From Nemertoderma westbladi (Eukaryota; Animalia; Xenacoelomorpha), in contig JAUCBJ010006503.1 in NCBI GenBank assembly GCA_032718475.1, positions 1-33,793 of the forward strand: a DNA stretch of 33,793 nt, read 5' to 3'. Both the position numbers and the translations under genes were made by a program. How positions within the stretch are numbered: the stretch's first letter is position 1; each line of letters starts with the position of its first letter. A model generated the notes under the pieces. It was not told the DNA's origin. It did no database searches and worked only from the letters and a program-made list of their open reading frames with translations. Below, piece after piece: positions 1 through 10,212 of this stretch.

Positions 1-905
1 AAGATAAACTAAAGTTATTGCTAACTGATAATAATAAAAGATAAAGTAAAGTTATTGCTAACTGATAATAATAAAAGATAAAGTAAAGTTACTGCTAACT
101 GATAATAATAAAAGATAAAGTAAAGTAATTGCTAACTGATAATAATAAAAGATAAAGTAAAGTTATTGCTAACTGATAATAATAATAAGATAAAGTAAAG
201 TTATTGCTAACTGATAATAATAAAAGATAAGTAAAGTTATTGCTAACTGATTAATAATAATAATATAAACTAAAGTTACTGCTAACTGATAATAATAAAA
301 GATAAAGTAAAGTTACTGCTAACTGATAATAATAAAAGATAAAGTAAAGTTATTGCTAACTGATAATAATAATAAGATAAACTAAAGTTATTGCTAACTG
401 ATAATAATAAAAGATAAAGTAAAGTTATTGCTAACTGATAATAATAAAAGATAAAGTAAAGTTACTGCTAACTGATAATAATAAAAGATAAAGTAAAGTA
501 ATTGCTAACTGATAATAATAAAAGATAAGTAAAGTTATTGCTAACTGATTAATAATAATAATATAAACTAAAGTTACTGCTAACTGATAATAATAATAAG
601 ATAAAGTAAAGTTATTGCTAACTGATAATAATAAAAGATAAAGTAAAGTTATTGCTAACTGATAATAATAAAAGATAAGGTAAAGTTACTGCTAACTGAT
701 AATAATAAAAGATAAAGTAAAGTTATTGCTAACTGATAATAATAAAAGATAAAGTAAAGTTATTGCTAACTGATTAATAATAATAAGATAAACTAAAGTT
801 ACTGCTAACTGATAATAATAATAAGATAAACTAAAGTTATTGCTAACTGATAATAATAAAAGATAAAGTAAAGTTATTGCTAACTGATAATAATAAAAGA
901 TAAAG
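1..905. repeat. AT-rich 37-bp tandem repeat (~24 copies, runs off the window start)
   Basis: Unit AAGATAAAGTAAAGTTATTGCTAACTGATAATAATAA recurs with period 37 (GATA at 3, 40, 77...), with small indel variants. Confidence 0.97.
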
Positions 906-974
906 CGAAAAAATTTATAATGAAATCCACACGATAAACGTCGAAAAGAAAAGGTGTAGTAATATCAGATGCTG

Positions 975-1498
975 TTGGATGGGGATGGGGGTGGGTTGGG
1001 GTGGGTGGTTGGTTGTGTGGGGGTATGAGGGGTTGGGGGTTGGGGGTTGGGGGTTGGGGGTGTGGGGGTGTGGGAGGGGGGTTGGGTGGGGTTGGGGGGT
1101 GTTGGTGGGTGTGGGGTGTTGGGGGTGTGGGGGGGGTGTTGGGGGTTGGGGGTTGAGGGGTTGGGGGGGGTTGGGGGGGGGGTTGGTGGTTGGGGGTTGG
1201 AAGGGTTTGGGGTTGGGGGTTGGGGGTTGGGGGGGGGGGGGGTAATGGGGGTGGGGTTTGGTTTAAAATTGGTTTGGTTGTTGGAGGGTTGTAGGGGGGG
1301 TGTTGGGGTGTTGTGGGTTGGTGTGGTTGGGGGTTGAGGGGTTGGGGAAGGTTGGGGGTTGGTGGGTTGGGGGTTGGTGGGTTGGTGGTTTGGGGTTGGT
1401 GGGTGGGGTTGGGGGTTGGGGGTTGGGGGGGGGGTTGGGAGGTGGGTTGTGGGTGGTGGTTGTGGGGTTGGGGGTTGGGGGTTGGGGGTTGGGGGTTG
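975..1498 (+). repeat. G/T-rich low-complexity tract (degenerate GGGGTT/GGGGGTT units)
   Basis: Almost only G and T for ~520 bp; the Gly/Val/Trp ORFs over it are compositional artefacts. Confidence 0.9.
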
Positions 1499-2566
1499 AC
1501 TGCGCCTTCCCCGGTACAGTATGCTATTTGGGCTAGCTAGTATTTAATATTTACTTTTAGACAAAAGGTCGGATTATTAAGATTGTTATACAGAACTATT
1601 ACCGAATACGGGATCAGAAAAGAATGGGATTTATGCCAAACTGTTTTGTAGACACATAGTTATTAGTTATGCAGAGTTCATGTTTCCTCTATAAATTTAT
1701 GAACGTCTGTTTGTTTGTCAGCTAAAGGCTTTCAAGCGGGAATAGTTAATAAAAATGTGTAACTGCATTTGTTTATTGGTAATCCTGAGAGTGAGTAATC
1801 TGGTAGGAAAAATTTTTCCTTTCCGCATTGTTCCGCAAACGTAGAAATCTGATTGGCTGTTGTTTTCTCCAATATTGCCGTAGCCAATAATTATCCCTTG
1901 CTGACTAAAAGAAGACCGTCTATACAGATATCCCAACCATTGAATTTACTTGCTGTTGTTGCTACATGGCTAGCTGGAGCTCAATAATTATAATTACCTT
2001 AACATTGCTACGATACGGAGAAAAATCCTTCCCCATTCACCATAATGGAGGGGGGGGGGGGGGGGGGGGGGGGTTGAGCCTGCATGGGCGAATATTACAT
2101 ATTTATACACTATTTAATTTTAATCAATAAATAACCATACATATATTAAACACTCGAATAAAATAAAAACTTTGTGAGAATGTGACACGGCGAGTCGACC
2201 TATGTTATTTTTATACAATGTTAACTTAATTTGACCCTATTCTATCTGAACAATCCATAAATTTCTTTGTCCACCAAGTACTGCTTTACTGTTTATCCTG
2301 CTTCATTAGTCTATGTAAAAAAAATATAAAGTCGGTTTGAAAACCAAAAGCTCTATATGTTTATCAGTATATCATAATGTTTTCTGGGTTAATTATAATA
2401 GTGTGAAATCGTATTATTCAATTAACAAAAGTCTCCTAAATATGAGTGTTAAAGAATTAAAACGGTCCGTCTATTCCCGAAGTAGATACTTTCCTTTTCA
2501 GATGAACTAAATGTTACCATAATTTATTTAATGACTGAGCCTTATATCCCAATTACATCATTAGCC

Positions 2567-2607
2567 TATATATCGGGCAAATCACTAGGAGGCGTTGCCG
2601 GCCAGTT
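2567..2607 (+). promoter_or_regulatory. Possible core promoter of the Hox gene (TATA-like plus Inr-like)
   Basis: TATATAT at 2567 and CCAGTT at 2602-2607, ~55 bp before ATG 2660. Spacing is somewhat long, and TATTTTCCAG at 2632-2641 could instead be a 5'UTR splice acceptor. Confidence 0.3.
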
Positions 2608-2659
2608 ATCTAATTAACGACATTCTATTACTATTTTCCAGCCATTCGGAGCTGCTAGA

Positions 2660-3124
2660 ATGTTTGGAACTACCGGGGAGGCGGCATTGATGAGCAACTG
2701 GCCAATAGGATCGTACTACGATAGCATGCCGGAACCTCTAGGTGGTGTCAGATACACGAATTTGGATAAAGAATCCGGTTGGATGTCGGGATTGGGTCGT
2801 CTGGACTCCGAAAAACAGATGCGAGGGGGCCGGCCTAGTGACGCTGGGGCCGTCGGCTCTACCATTCACTATGGCAACGGGTACAACAGTTCCTACACCC
2901 ACGGCGTCTATCCGGACGAACAGTACTACCCAACGTTCCCGCACCTCCAGTTACAGCCGCCATCGGAACATCTCGTGGACGACCCCTTGAAACTCGGTTA
3001 CCACGGCAATGAGACACCCGAGCGGTTCCATGGAGACGCCATAGCCTCGTTACAGAACAGTGTGCCTCAGAGACACCCTCTGTCATACACTTCTAGCGAC
3101 ACACACTTCAGCCTGGAAGCAATA
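2660..3124 (+). CDS. HoxPost: Posterior Hox exon 1 (N-terminal Tyr/Pro/Ser/Gly-rich region)
   Basis: GC-richer open frame [23 protein letters not shown]...SLEAI; GSYY resembles the Hox N-terminal SSYF-type motif; donor ATA|GTAGGT at 3125 (phase 0). A competing AG|GTACCT lies at 3129. Confidence 0.75.
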
Positions 3125-6100
3125 GTAGGTACCTTTTTTTATAAATTTACTTCGTCGGCGCACCTAAACCTAAGAGGTTGCTAGTTCTCAGAAAAGGTCG
3201 GCTATGCCATACTTTATATTATATTTAATTCGAAATTACTTCAAGACTGCAATTTAATTTAGGGCGAATGTCATCGCGTCCACCATGTCCTGGAATATAT
3301 AGTGTTTGTTATTCTGGTACATGCCCTCCCCCTGCTGCTGCTGCAGTTATTCTTCTACCTTATAATGGAAGGTTTGTTGGTACTGATGGAAAGCTGGTCA
3401 TGCAAGGATTCCAAGTAACACAAGTTCTGAATTTGTTGTAAATGCGTTCGAAAGTTTCATGGTTTTGCACCAGCGCCAGTCTGTTTTATTATTCTATTTA
3501 ATATAAATACACGATATTCTGGATCTCGGATTTCTGGATATTATTATTGGATATTGATATTGCAACAATTCAATGGCTTTATGGCAATACTTTTATAGGG
3601 ATATTCATAGTTCATAAGCAAAATGTTCTAGAACATTGTGTATTTATTATTATATAGAATAAATAGCCTGCAGCGGAAGTAAGTACAGTACATGCAACAT
3701 CCGAATGCCCATATCTTGCTGTTTCCCAACCAAACTCAAATATTTTTACATAATCCTTACATGGGCAGTTTTCCAATAGAACCAACAAATCACTAAAAGT
3801 TTGAAGAATAACCGCGGTGTAAGTTTTACAATATCGACGAAGACACCTTTTTCAAACGTTTGTAGCTAAAGAATGAAAGTAAAAATAAAAATTCTGGCTC
3901 ATCCAGCAAGGAGGAGGGAGGTAAAACTGTTTGGGCACAGTGCTTGAATTGCTGCAGCCTAGCCCAACCCCGGCTTTCATCCTTCAGTGGTCGATAAATG
4001 GGAACCAAGGCAACTTGAGAAACAGAGTGGAAGGGTTTACTGTGGAAGATCACCCATGGTGGTGAACAGGCATTCCTTGGCTTAACGAGCCTAAAAGATT
4101 CTCCCATTCATTATTAATTATAATTGTCTTAGTAAATAAAAAAAAAGAAACCACTCAATCCTAATCTCCTAGCTATGCGTGCGTATTCAAATACAGACAA
4201 ACAAATGCTATTATTTAGTAATTTTAAATATGCGTTTAAATGTGTTTTATTTAGCTCATTAAATTAATTTGCCATATCTTAATACTTCGTTTATTGTTTT
4301 GGTTTTTATAGATTCTTTTGCAAGCTGGGTGCTCGGTGAAAAGCTGGTATTTTCGAATCGGTAGGTTATTTGAAAACAGGGAAATATACTGTAGTACCTA
4401 AAATCTGCGATCGTTAAACTTAGATCACAATTACGCACTTATGGGAGAAATAAATTCAAATAATTGATGATTTATAGTTATAACATAGTTAATTTGCCGA
4501 GATTGAATTTCCTTTAATAATCCCCACCCTGTTGAGAACTATTATGCTACTAAAATATTATACTTTTATCGAATTTAGAATTCAAATTCGAAATCACCGC
4601 ATTCCATCCCCGATGCGTTTCGATTTCCATATCGCAATATCGGGTTGCTGTTTGATTTACGATCCCCGACTAGGTATACGAATGCGGAATGTTGCAACCA
4701 GTTGCAGCCCCACGTATACCGGTATCCCCGTGCGAGGGATCAAGCGAGAGATTTATGGGCGACTCCGAGTCAGTGAACTGAACCGCGGCCCGCGGCCAAT
4801 ATGTGCTCGCGATAATTTACGATCCCGCTTTCTTTCATATAAAGTTGGTCTCCTGTCTCCCGTGGATAAACGAAGTTTCGGTGGTTTTTAATTTGATTTA
4901 TTATAGTGCTTGTTAGGGCAATAAAGGTCAACAGTGTAATATATACTTGGAGTAAATCTTTTCTTTTGAGTGTATTGGATTGGTATATCATTTATTATTA
5001 TCAAATAAATTGTTTAAACATAAAATATAAATATATTAAATATAAAATAAATTATTGTAAACAGTATTGTTTCGATAATGGCTTACCGTATTGGGTTTCA
5101 ACTTTCAAAGTCAGTAATTTAAGTATCAGTAATTTCTTTTATTTCTGTCTCATTAAAATTTGAAATATTGAAATATTTCTGTGGTCACCTAATTAACTTG
5201 TGTTTTTGCCAGATGGGGAGGGGATTTTATTTTCCACGCTATCAAAATTCATCCCTCACCAGGGGAAAATCGACAAGACAGCTGATTGCTCCGAAAAATA
5301 AAACTGCAACCTGTTCTATTGTGTTTAGATTTAAGACCTGGCCTTGAAAATGCGGATAATTTCACAAAAGATATGGGTGATAGGGAGTTGTGGCGGCGCA
5401 ATTTGGTCGCTAAGCCGACATAGCATTCTTAATACAGATGCATAGCAGCATGCCTAATTGGGGAAGGATGGAACCCAACATACACGTTATTAATATTTAC
5501 AATAACAGCAACTGTAGAGAGACGATGTGTTAACAGGCTAATTAATTTATTTGTTTTTATTTCCAGAAAACCAAATCGGAATTTGTGCCAATGAAATATT
5601 ATCCTGTCGATTGCTCGGTTCAGCAGACTATAGCGCCCGCAGAACAGCCAAGTTACTTGAGTTCAGTTCAGTCGAACGTCGAGTTCAGTAGTCCTGAACT
5701 CAGCCACACAGATGGTGAGTGCGAGTGGCTGTGAGCCGTTGTGTTCCGCGGTGAGTGTGAGTGGCTGTGAGCCGTTGTGATCCACGGCGAGTGTGAGTGG
5801 CTGTGAGCCGTTGTGATCCGCGGTGAGTGTGAGTGGCTGTGTGCCGTTGTGATCCGCGGTGAGTGCGAGTGGCTGTGAGCCGTTGTGATCCGCGGTGAGT
5901 GCGAGTGGCTGTGAGCCGTTGTGATCCACGGCGAGTGTGAGTGGCTGTGAGCCGTTGTGATCCGCGGTGAGTGTGAGTGGCTGTGTGCCGTTGTGATCCG
6001 CGGTGAGTGCGAGTGGCTGTGAGCCGTTGTGATCCGCGGTGAGTGCGAGTGGCTGTGAGCCGTTGTGATCCGCGGTGAGTGTGAGTGGCTGTGAGCCGTT

Positions 6101-9100
6101 GTGATCCACGGCGAGTGTGAGTGGCTGTGAGCCGTTGTGATCCGCGGTGAGTGTGAGTGGCTGTGTGCCGTTGTGATCCGCGGTGAGTGTGAGTGGCTGT
6201 GAGCCGTTGTGATCCGCGGTGAGTGTGAGTGGCTGTGAGCCGTTGTGATCCGCGGTGAGTGTGAGTGGCTGTGAGCCGTTGTGATCCGCGGTGAGTGTGA
6301 GTGGCTGTGAGCCGTTGTGTTCCGCGGTGAGTGTGAGTGGCTGTGTGCCGTTGTGATCCGCGGTGAGTGTGAGTGGCTGTGTGCCGTTGTGATCCACGGC
6401 GAGTGTGAGTGGCTGTGAGCCGTTGTGATCCGCGGTGAGTGTGAGTGGCTGTGAGCCGTTGTGATCCGCGGTGAGTGTGAGTGGCTGTGAGCCGTTGTGA
6501 TCCGCGGTGAGTGTGAGTGGCTGTGAGCCGTTGTGATCCGCGGTGAGTGTGAGTGGCTGAGTGCCGTTGTGATCCACGGCGAGTGTGAGTGGCTGTGAGC
6601 CGTTGTGATCCGCGGTGAGTGTGAGTGGCTGTGTGCCGTTGTGATCCGCGGTGAGTGTGAGTGGCTGTGAGCCGTTGTGATCCGCGGTGAGTGTGAGTGG
6701 CTGTGAGCCGTTGTGATCCGCGGCGAGTGTGAGTGGCTGTGAGCCGTTGTGATCCGCGGTGAGTGTGAGTGGCTGTGTGCCGTTGTGATCCGCGGTGAGT
6801 GCGAGTGGCTGTGAGCCGTTGTGATCCGCGGTGAGTGCGAGTGGCTGTGAGCCGTTGTGATCCACGGCGAGTGTGAGTGGCTGTGAGCCGTTGTGATCCG
6901 CGGTGAGTGTGAGTGGCTGTGTGCCGTTGTGATCCGCGGTGAGTGCGAGTGGCTGTGAGCCGTTGTGATCCGCGGTGAGTGCGAGTGGCTGTGAGCCGTT
7001 GTGATCCGCGGTGAGTGTGAGTGGCTGTGAGCCGTTGTGATCCGCGGTGAGTGTGAGTGGCTGAGTGCCGTTGTGATCCACGGCGAGTGTGAGTGGCTGT
7101 GAGCCGTTGTGATCCGCGGTGAGTGTGAGTGGCTGTGTGCCGTTGTGATCCGCGGTGAGTGTGAGTGGCTGTGAGCCGTTGTGATCCGCGGTGAGTGTGA
7201 GTGGCTGTGAGCCGTTGTGATCCGCGGTGAGTGTGAGTGGCTGTGAGCCGTTGTGATCCGCGGTGAGTGTGAGTGGCTGTGAGCCGTTGTGTTCCGCGGT
7301 GAGTGTGAGTGGCTGTGTGCCGTTGTGATCCGCGGTGAGTGCGAGTGGCTGTGAGCCGTTGTGATCCGCGGTGAGTGCGAGTGGCTGTGAGCCGTTGTGA
7401 TCCACGGCGAGTGTGAGTGGCTGTGAGCCGTTGTGATCCGCGGTGAGTGTGAGTGGCTGTGTGCCGTTGTGATCCGCGGTGAGTGCGAGTGGCTGTGAGC
7501 CGTTGTGATCCGCGGTGAGTGCGAGTGGCTGTGAGCCGTTGTGATCCGCGGTGAGTGTGAGTGGCTGTGAGCCGTTGTGATCCGCGGTGAGTGTGAGTGG
7601 CTGAGTGCCGTTGTGATCCACGGCGAGTGTGAGTGGCTGTGAGCCGTTGTGATCCGCGGTGAGTGTGAGTGGCTGTGTGCCGTTGTGATCCGCGGTGAGT
7701 GTGAGTGGCTGTGAGCCGTTGTGATCCGCGGTGAGTGTGAGTGGCTGTGAGCCGTTGTGATCCGCGGTGAGTGTGAGTGGCTGTGTGCCGTTATGAGCCA
7801 CACATATTATGGTGAGTGGGGGTGGGGTGTGCGTTTGTGAGCCACATAGTGTAATGTAAAGCCTCAGTGAGCTATAATTGAAAAATTATAAATGCATAAA
7901 TAATAAATAAATGCGTAATTGCTGCTTGAGCAATAACTACATCAGAAAGTTTATTCATTAATATACTTAAAGTTTATTTGGTAGTGATAGTTAGGGATAG
8001 AATAATCACGAACAGTGTGTGAAAAGTTTATGAAATATAAACCAGTCAATCTTGTACTGTTACCGCAATGTATACAAACATGGAATATAAAGCTATAAGG
8101 CGCCGCTTATTATTATTCAAATGTCCTTTTAAAGATTAAATCAAAGGAAAAGCCGCTTATCCAAAAACTAATTAATTTGGGATCGAGTGATCTTTTAAAA
8201 GTCAAACAAATAATTTTATTAATATATTATGCTATACTTCACAATGAAATGGTGGTAGGTGTAACCATTATGAATTATACTGTTTGTTGGTGTAACTGTA
8301 TAGGAAAATATATAAATTAATATAATTAGGTTGCCAAAAATAATAATTACATAATTTATAATGTCTGTAGTTTTTAATACTCGTCTTCCGCTGCAGTAGT
8401 ACATAGTTGTGTTTGTGTTTTAGCAGTTTCCATATTATTTAGGACATTCAACTCTATAGAACAGCCATTATTGTTGTATCATAATCAGTTACCTAAGTAA
8501 TATTTAGTCAGTTAACAGCTCTTTGCGATGAATTTCTAAATACATTTCTGCATTTTATTTTCTGTTGTCTTAGTTATTTTGCTTGATTGAACTTTGCTTG
8601 ACTTATTGATTGAAACCAGGTAGAATCCTATTAATTAGAAAATTTAGGAAATTCCACCAATAACACTTTTATAGACAAAAACGTTTCATCAGGTTTTTCA
8701 TCAGTAAATCCTTTCATAATGATATAATTTTTAAATAAACATCTATACATACACTTACTTGTATACATACACTTACGTATTGGTTTTTACTTTTACATTA
8801 TCAAAATCCATCCATCTCCAGGAGAAATTCGACTCAAATAACAACTCATTACGACGAAAATGAGACTGTAACCTGGTCTATTGACTTTAATTAATTGTTT
8901 TGGTTAGAATAACGTGCTACTGTAACCTGCTCCATTCCCTTATTTGAAATTTAACATTGAGACGAGTATTAACAACCGAGATGGGATTTACGTGCAATCA
9001 TTCTTCGCTACGTTTAACGTTTATTCGTTCATTGCTGATAAATTATTACCACAACCCAGCTCCACCCTGCAATCACGCATTTTAAGGCGGTCACTAATAT

Positions 9101-9825
9101 AGCCGGAAGGATTAGACTGTTCATTTCTTTGTACTATGGCAACCCCATGTTTTAAAATACAATGTCGCCGGTCAATAACTTTACTGCGGCGGCTTCTCTG
9201 GAAAAGTATATGGTTGAGTATATGGTTTGCTGTACAAATATGGCATACCAGCATAAAATACAAACTTAAATACAAGTATACAAATTGTTAATGGACAGCA
9301 AGTATGTTTGTAATTAATTTTATTAGAAAACTAATCGATTTCTTATGACAAACCGCTAAACCGCAACTGAAACTTGTGTGTGTTGTTAAAAAAAGAATCA
9401 TATTTTGGTGGAATTTACCACATATTTTATAATAGGTATTAGTAGAGCGTCAAATGTAGAGAGAGTTTACACTTAATATAAAAAAAATGTCATCCTTGAT
9501 GTCATTTTATTTAATGTGAAACATTTTTGTAAATATATTTTGTATTGTTTTAGACAACGCGGGAAGTAACTGGATGACTCGAAACCCTTCACGCAAGAAA
9601 CGCCGTCCCTACACTAAGTACCAGACCCTAGAACTAGAGAAGGAATTCCTCTTCAATGTCTACATCACCCGCGAGAGGCGTTCCGAAATATCCAGGAGTC
9701 TCAACCTCACCGACAGACAAGTGAAAATTTGGTTCCAAAACAGACGAATGAAAATGAAAAAAATGAGTCAACACCAACAGAATCCGAGTCAAACAATGAC
9801 GGGTTACAGCAGCTTAGGTTTATAG
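2660..9825 (+). CDS. HoxPost: Posterior-class Hox (Abd-B/PG9-14-like) homeodomain transcription factor, 3 coding exons, 294 aa
   Basis: join(2660..3124,5567..5714,9554..9825) = 885 nt, open throughout, with GT-AG introns of phase 0 then phase 1. Homeodomain [59 protein letters not shown] is preceded by the SNW motif. Confidence 0.85.
3945..4115 (+). mobile_element. 5'-truncated SINE-like fragment (central domain resembling the MetaSINE type) in Hox intron 1
   Basis: CCCGGCTTTCATCCTTCAGTGGTCGATAAATGGGAACCAAG resembles, from memory, the conserved SINE central motif GCCTTTCATCCTT..GGTCGATAAA..GAGTACCAG; ends in a CATTCATTATT tail; no tRNA head seen. Confidence 0.45.
4468..4901 (+). promoter_or_regulatory. 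Candidate intronic enhancer with clustered Pbx/Exd-posterior Hox composite sites
   Basis: TGATTTAT 4468, TGATTTACGA 4653, AGATTTATGG 4749, TAATTTACGA 4813, TGATTTAT 4894, around a CpG-rich island within an AT-rich intron. Confidence 0.45.
5241..5335 (-). repeat. Dispersed repeat family copy 1 (in Hox intron 1)
   Basis: Reverse complement matches 24480-24570 (TAAACACAATAGAACAGGTT-CAGTTTTATTTTT...CCCTGG...GGGATGAATTT). Confidence 0.75.
5567..5714 (+). CDS. HoxPost: Posterior Hox exon 2
   Basis: Acceptor TTTGTTTTTATTTCCAG| at 5566, open frame [49 protein letters not shown], donor G|GTGAGT at 5715. Phases fit both neighbouring exons. Confidence 0.8.
5713..7797. repeat. 36-bp GC-rich minisatellite (~58 copies) at the start of Hox intron 2
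   Basis: Unit GGTGAGTGTGAGTGGCTGTGAGCCGTTGTGATCCGC with only a few substitution variants and no indels. Confidence 0.98.
8800..8995 (-). repeat. Dispersed repeat family copy 2 (in Hox intron 2)
   Basis: Reverse complement aligns with 24375-24570 (CTCAATGTT-AATTT...AGGGAA-GGAGCAGGTTACAGT-GCACGTTATT-TAACCAAAACAAT). Confidence 0.8.
9554..9825 (+). CDS. HoxPost: Posterior Hox exon 3: NW motif, homeodomain (~9589-9768) and short C-terminal tail
   Basis: Acceptor TGTATTGTTTTAG| at 9553, then (D)[20 protein letters not shown]...[10 protein letters not shown]; the RKKR..P N-terminal arm and single upstream Trp are diagnostic of Abd-B-class Hox. Confidence 0.97.
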
Positions 9826-9841
9826 TAACTGCGTGCAATGA

Positions 9842-9857
9842 AATAAAGTCCAATAAA
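9842..9857 (+). terminator. Two AATAAA hexamers just after the Hox stop codon (possible proximal polyadenylation signals)
   Basis: AATAAA at 9842 and 9852; further AATAAA near 11422 could define a longer 3'UTR. Confidence 0.35.
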
Positions 9858-10212
9858 GTATTTATTGCAGATTGATATTCATAATTTAAAGGCCGAGCCA
9901 AAACACTTCGAGTATTAAGCCTACAGTTATGATAATTTTAAGTTTTTATGATACCCCTGTTGGGTGAATCTAATGGTTAGATTTTCTAACGCTTTGTGAA
10001 TCAAGATCCCAACAAGCTTGCTTCCGTGTCTTAGCCAAGGCCTACACTGTACTCAAAATAGTTATAAGTGACATTTAATCCAGTGTTCTTTGAGAAAAGT
10101 TTATTGTTTTTGTTGGAAAAGCCTATAGGGAGCGGGCCTTACCAACGCGACACCATCATTGCACACCAACATCATTTGGCATTAATGCTCAACTGTACAA
10201 CGATACGATATG

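Noticed and set aside
979-1540. Gly/Val/Trp-rich ORFs, or a telomere-like GGGGTT array
   Set aside because: Compositional artefacts; the units are irregular, are not the animal TTAGGG repeat, and are internal.
3125-3184. C-terminal part of the 174-aa ORF as a standalone gene
   Set aside because: Read-through into AT-rich intron 1 past a good donor that splices in frame to exon 2.
4532-4891. 119-aa ORF in Hox intron 1
   Set aside because: Non-ATG start, no motifs and no fitting splice sites; better explained as a GC-rich regulatory island.
5663-7803. 712-aa and 711-aa minus-strand ORFs ([12 protein letters not shown] and [12 protein letters not shown] repeats)
   Set aside because: They follow from a stop-free 36-bp unit; two frames are open at once, they are almost coextensive with the array, start at non-ATG codons, and lie antisense within a Hox intron.
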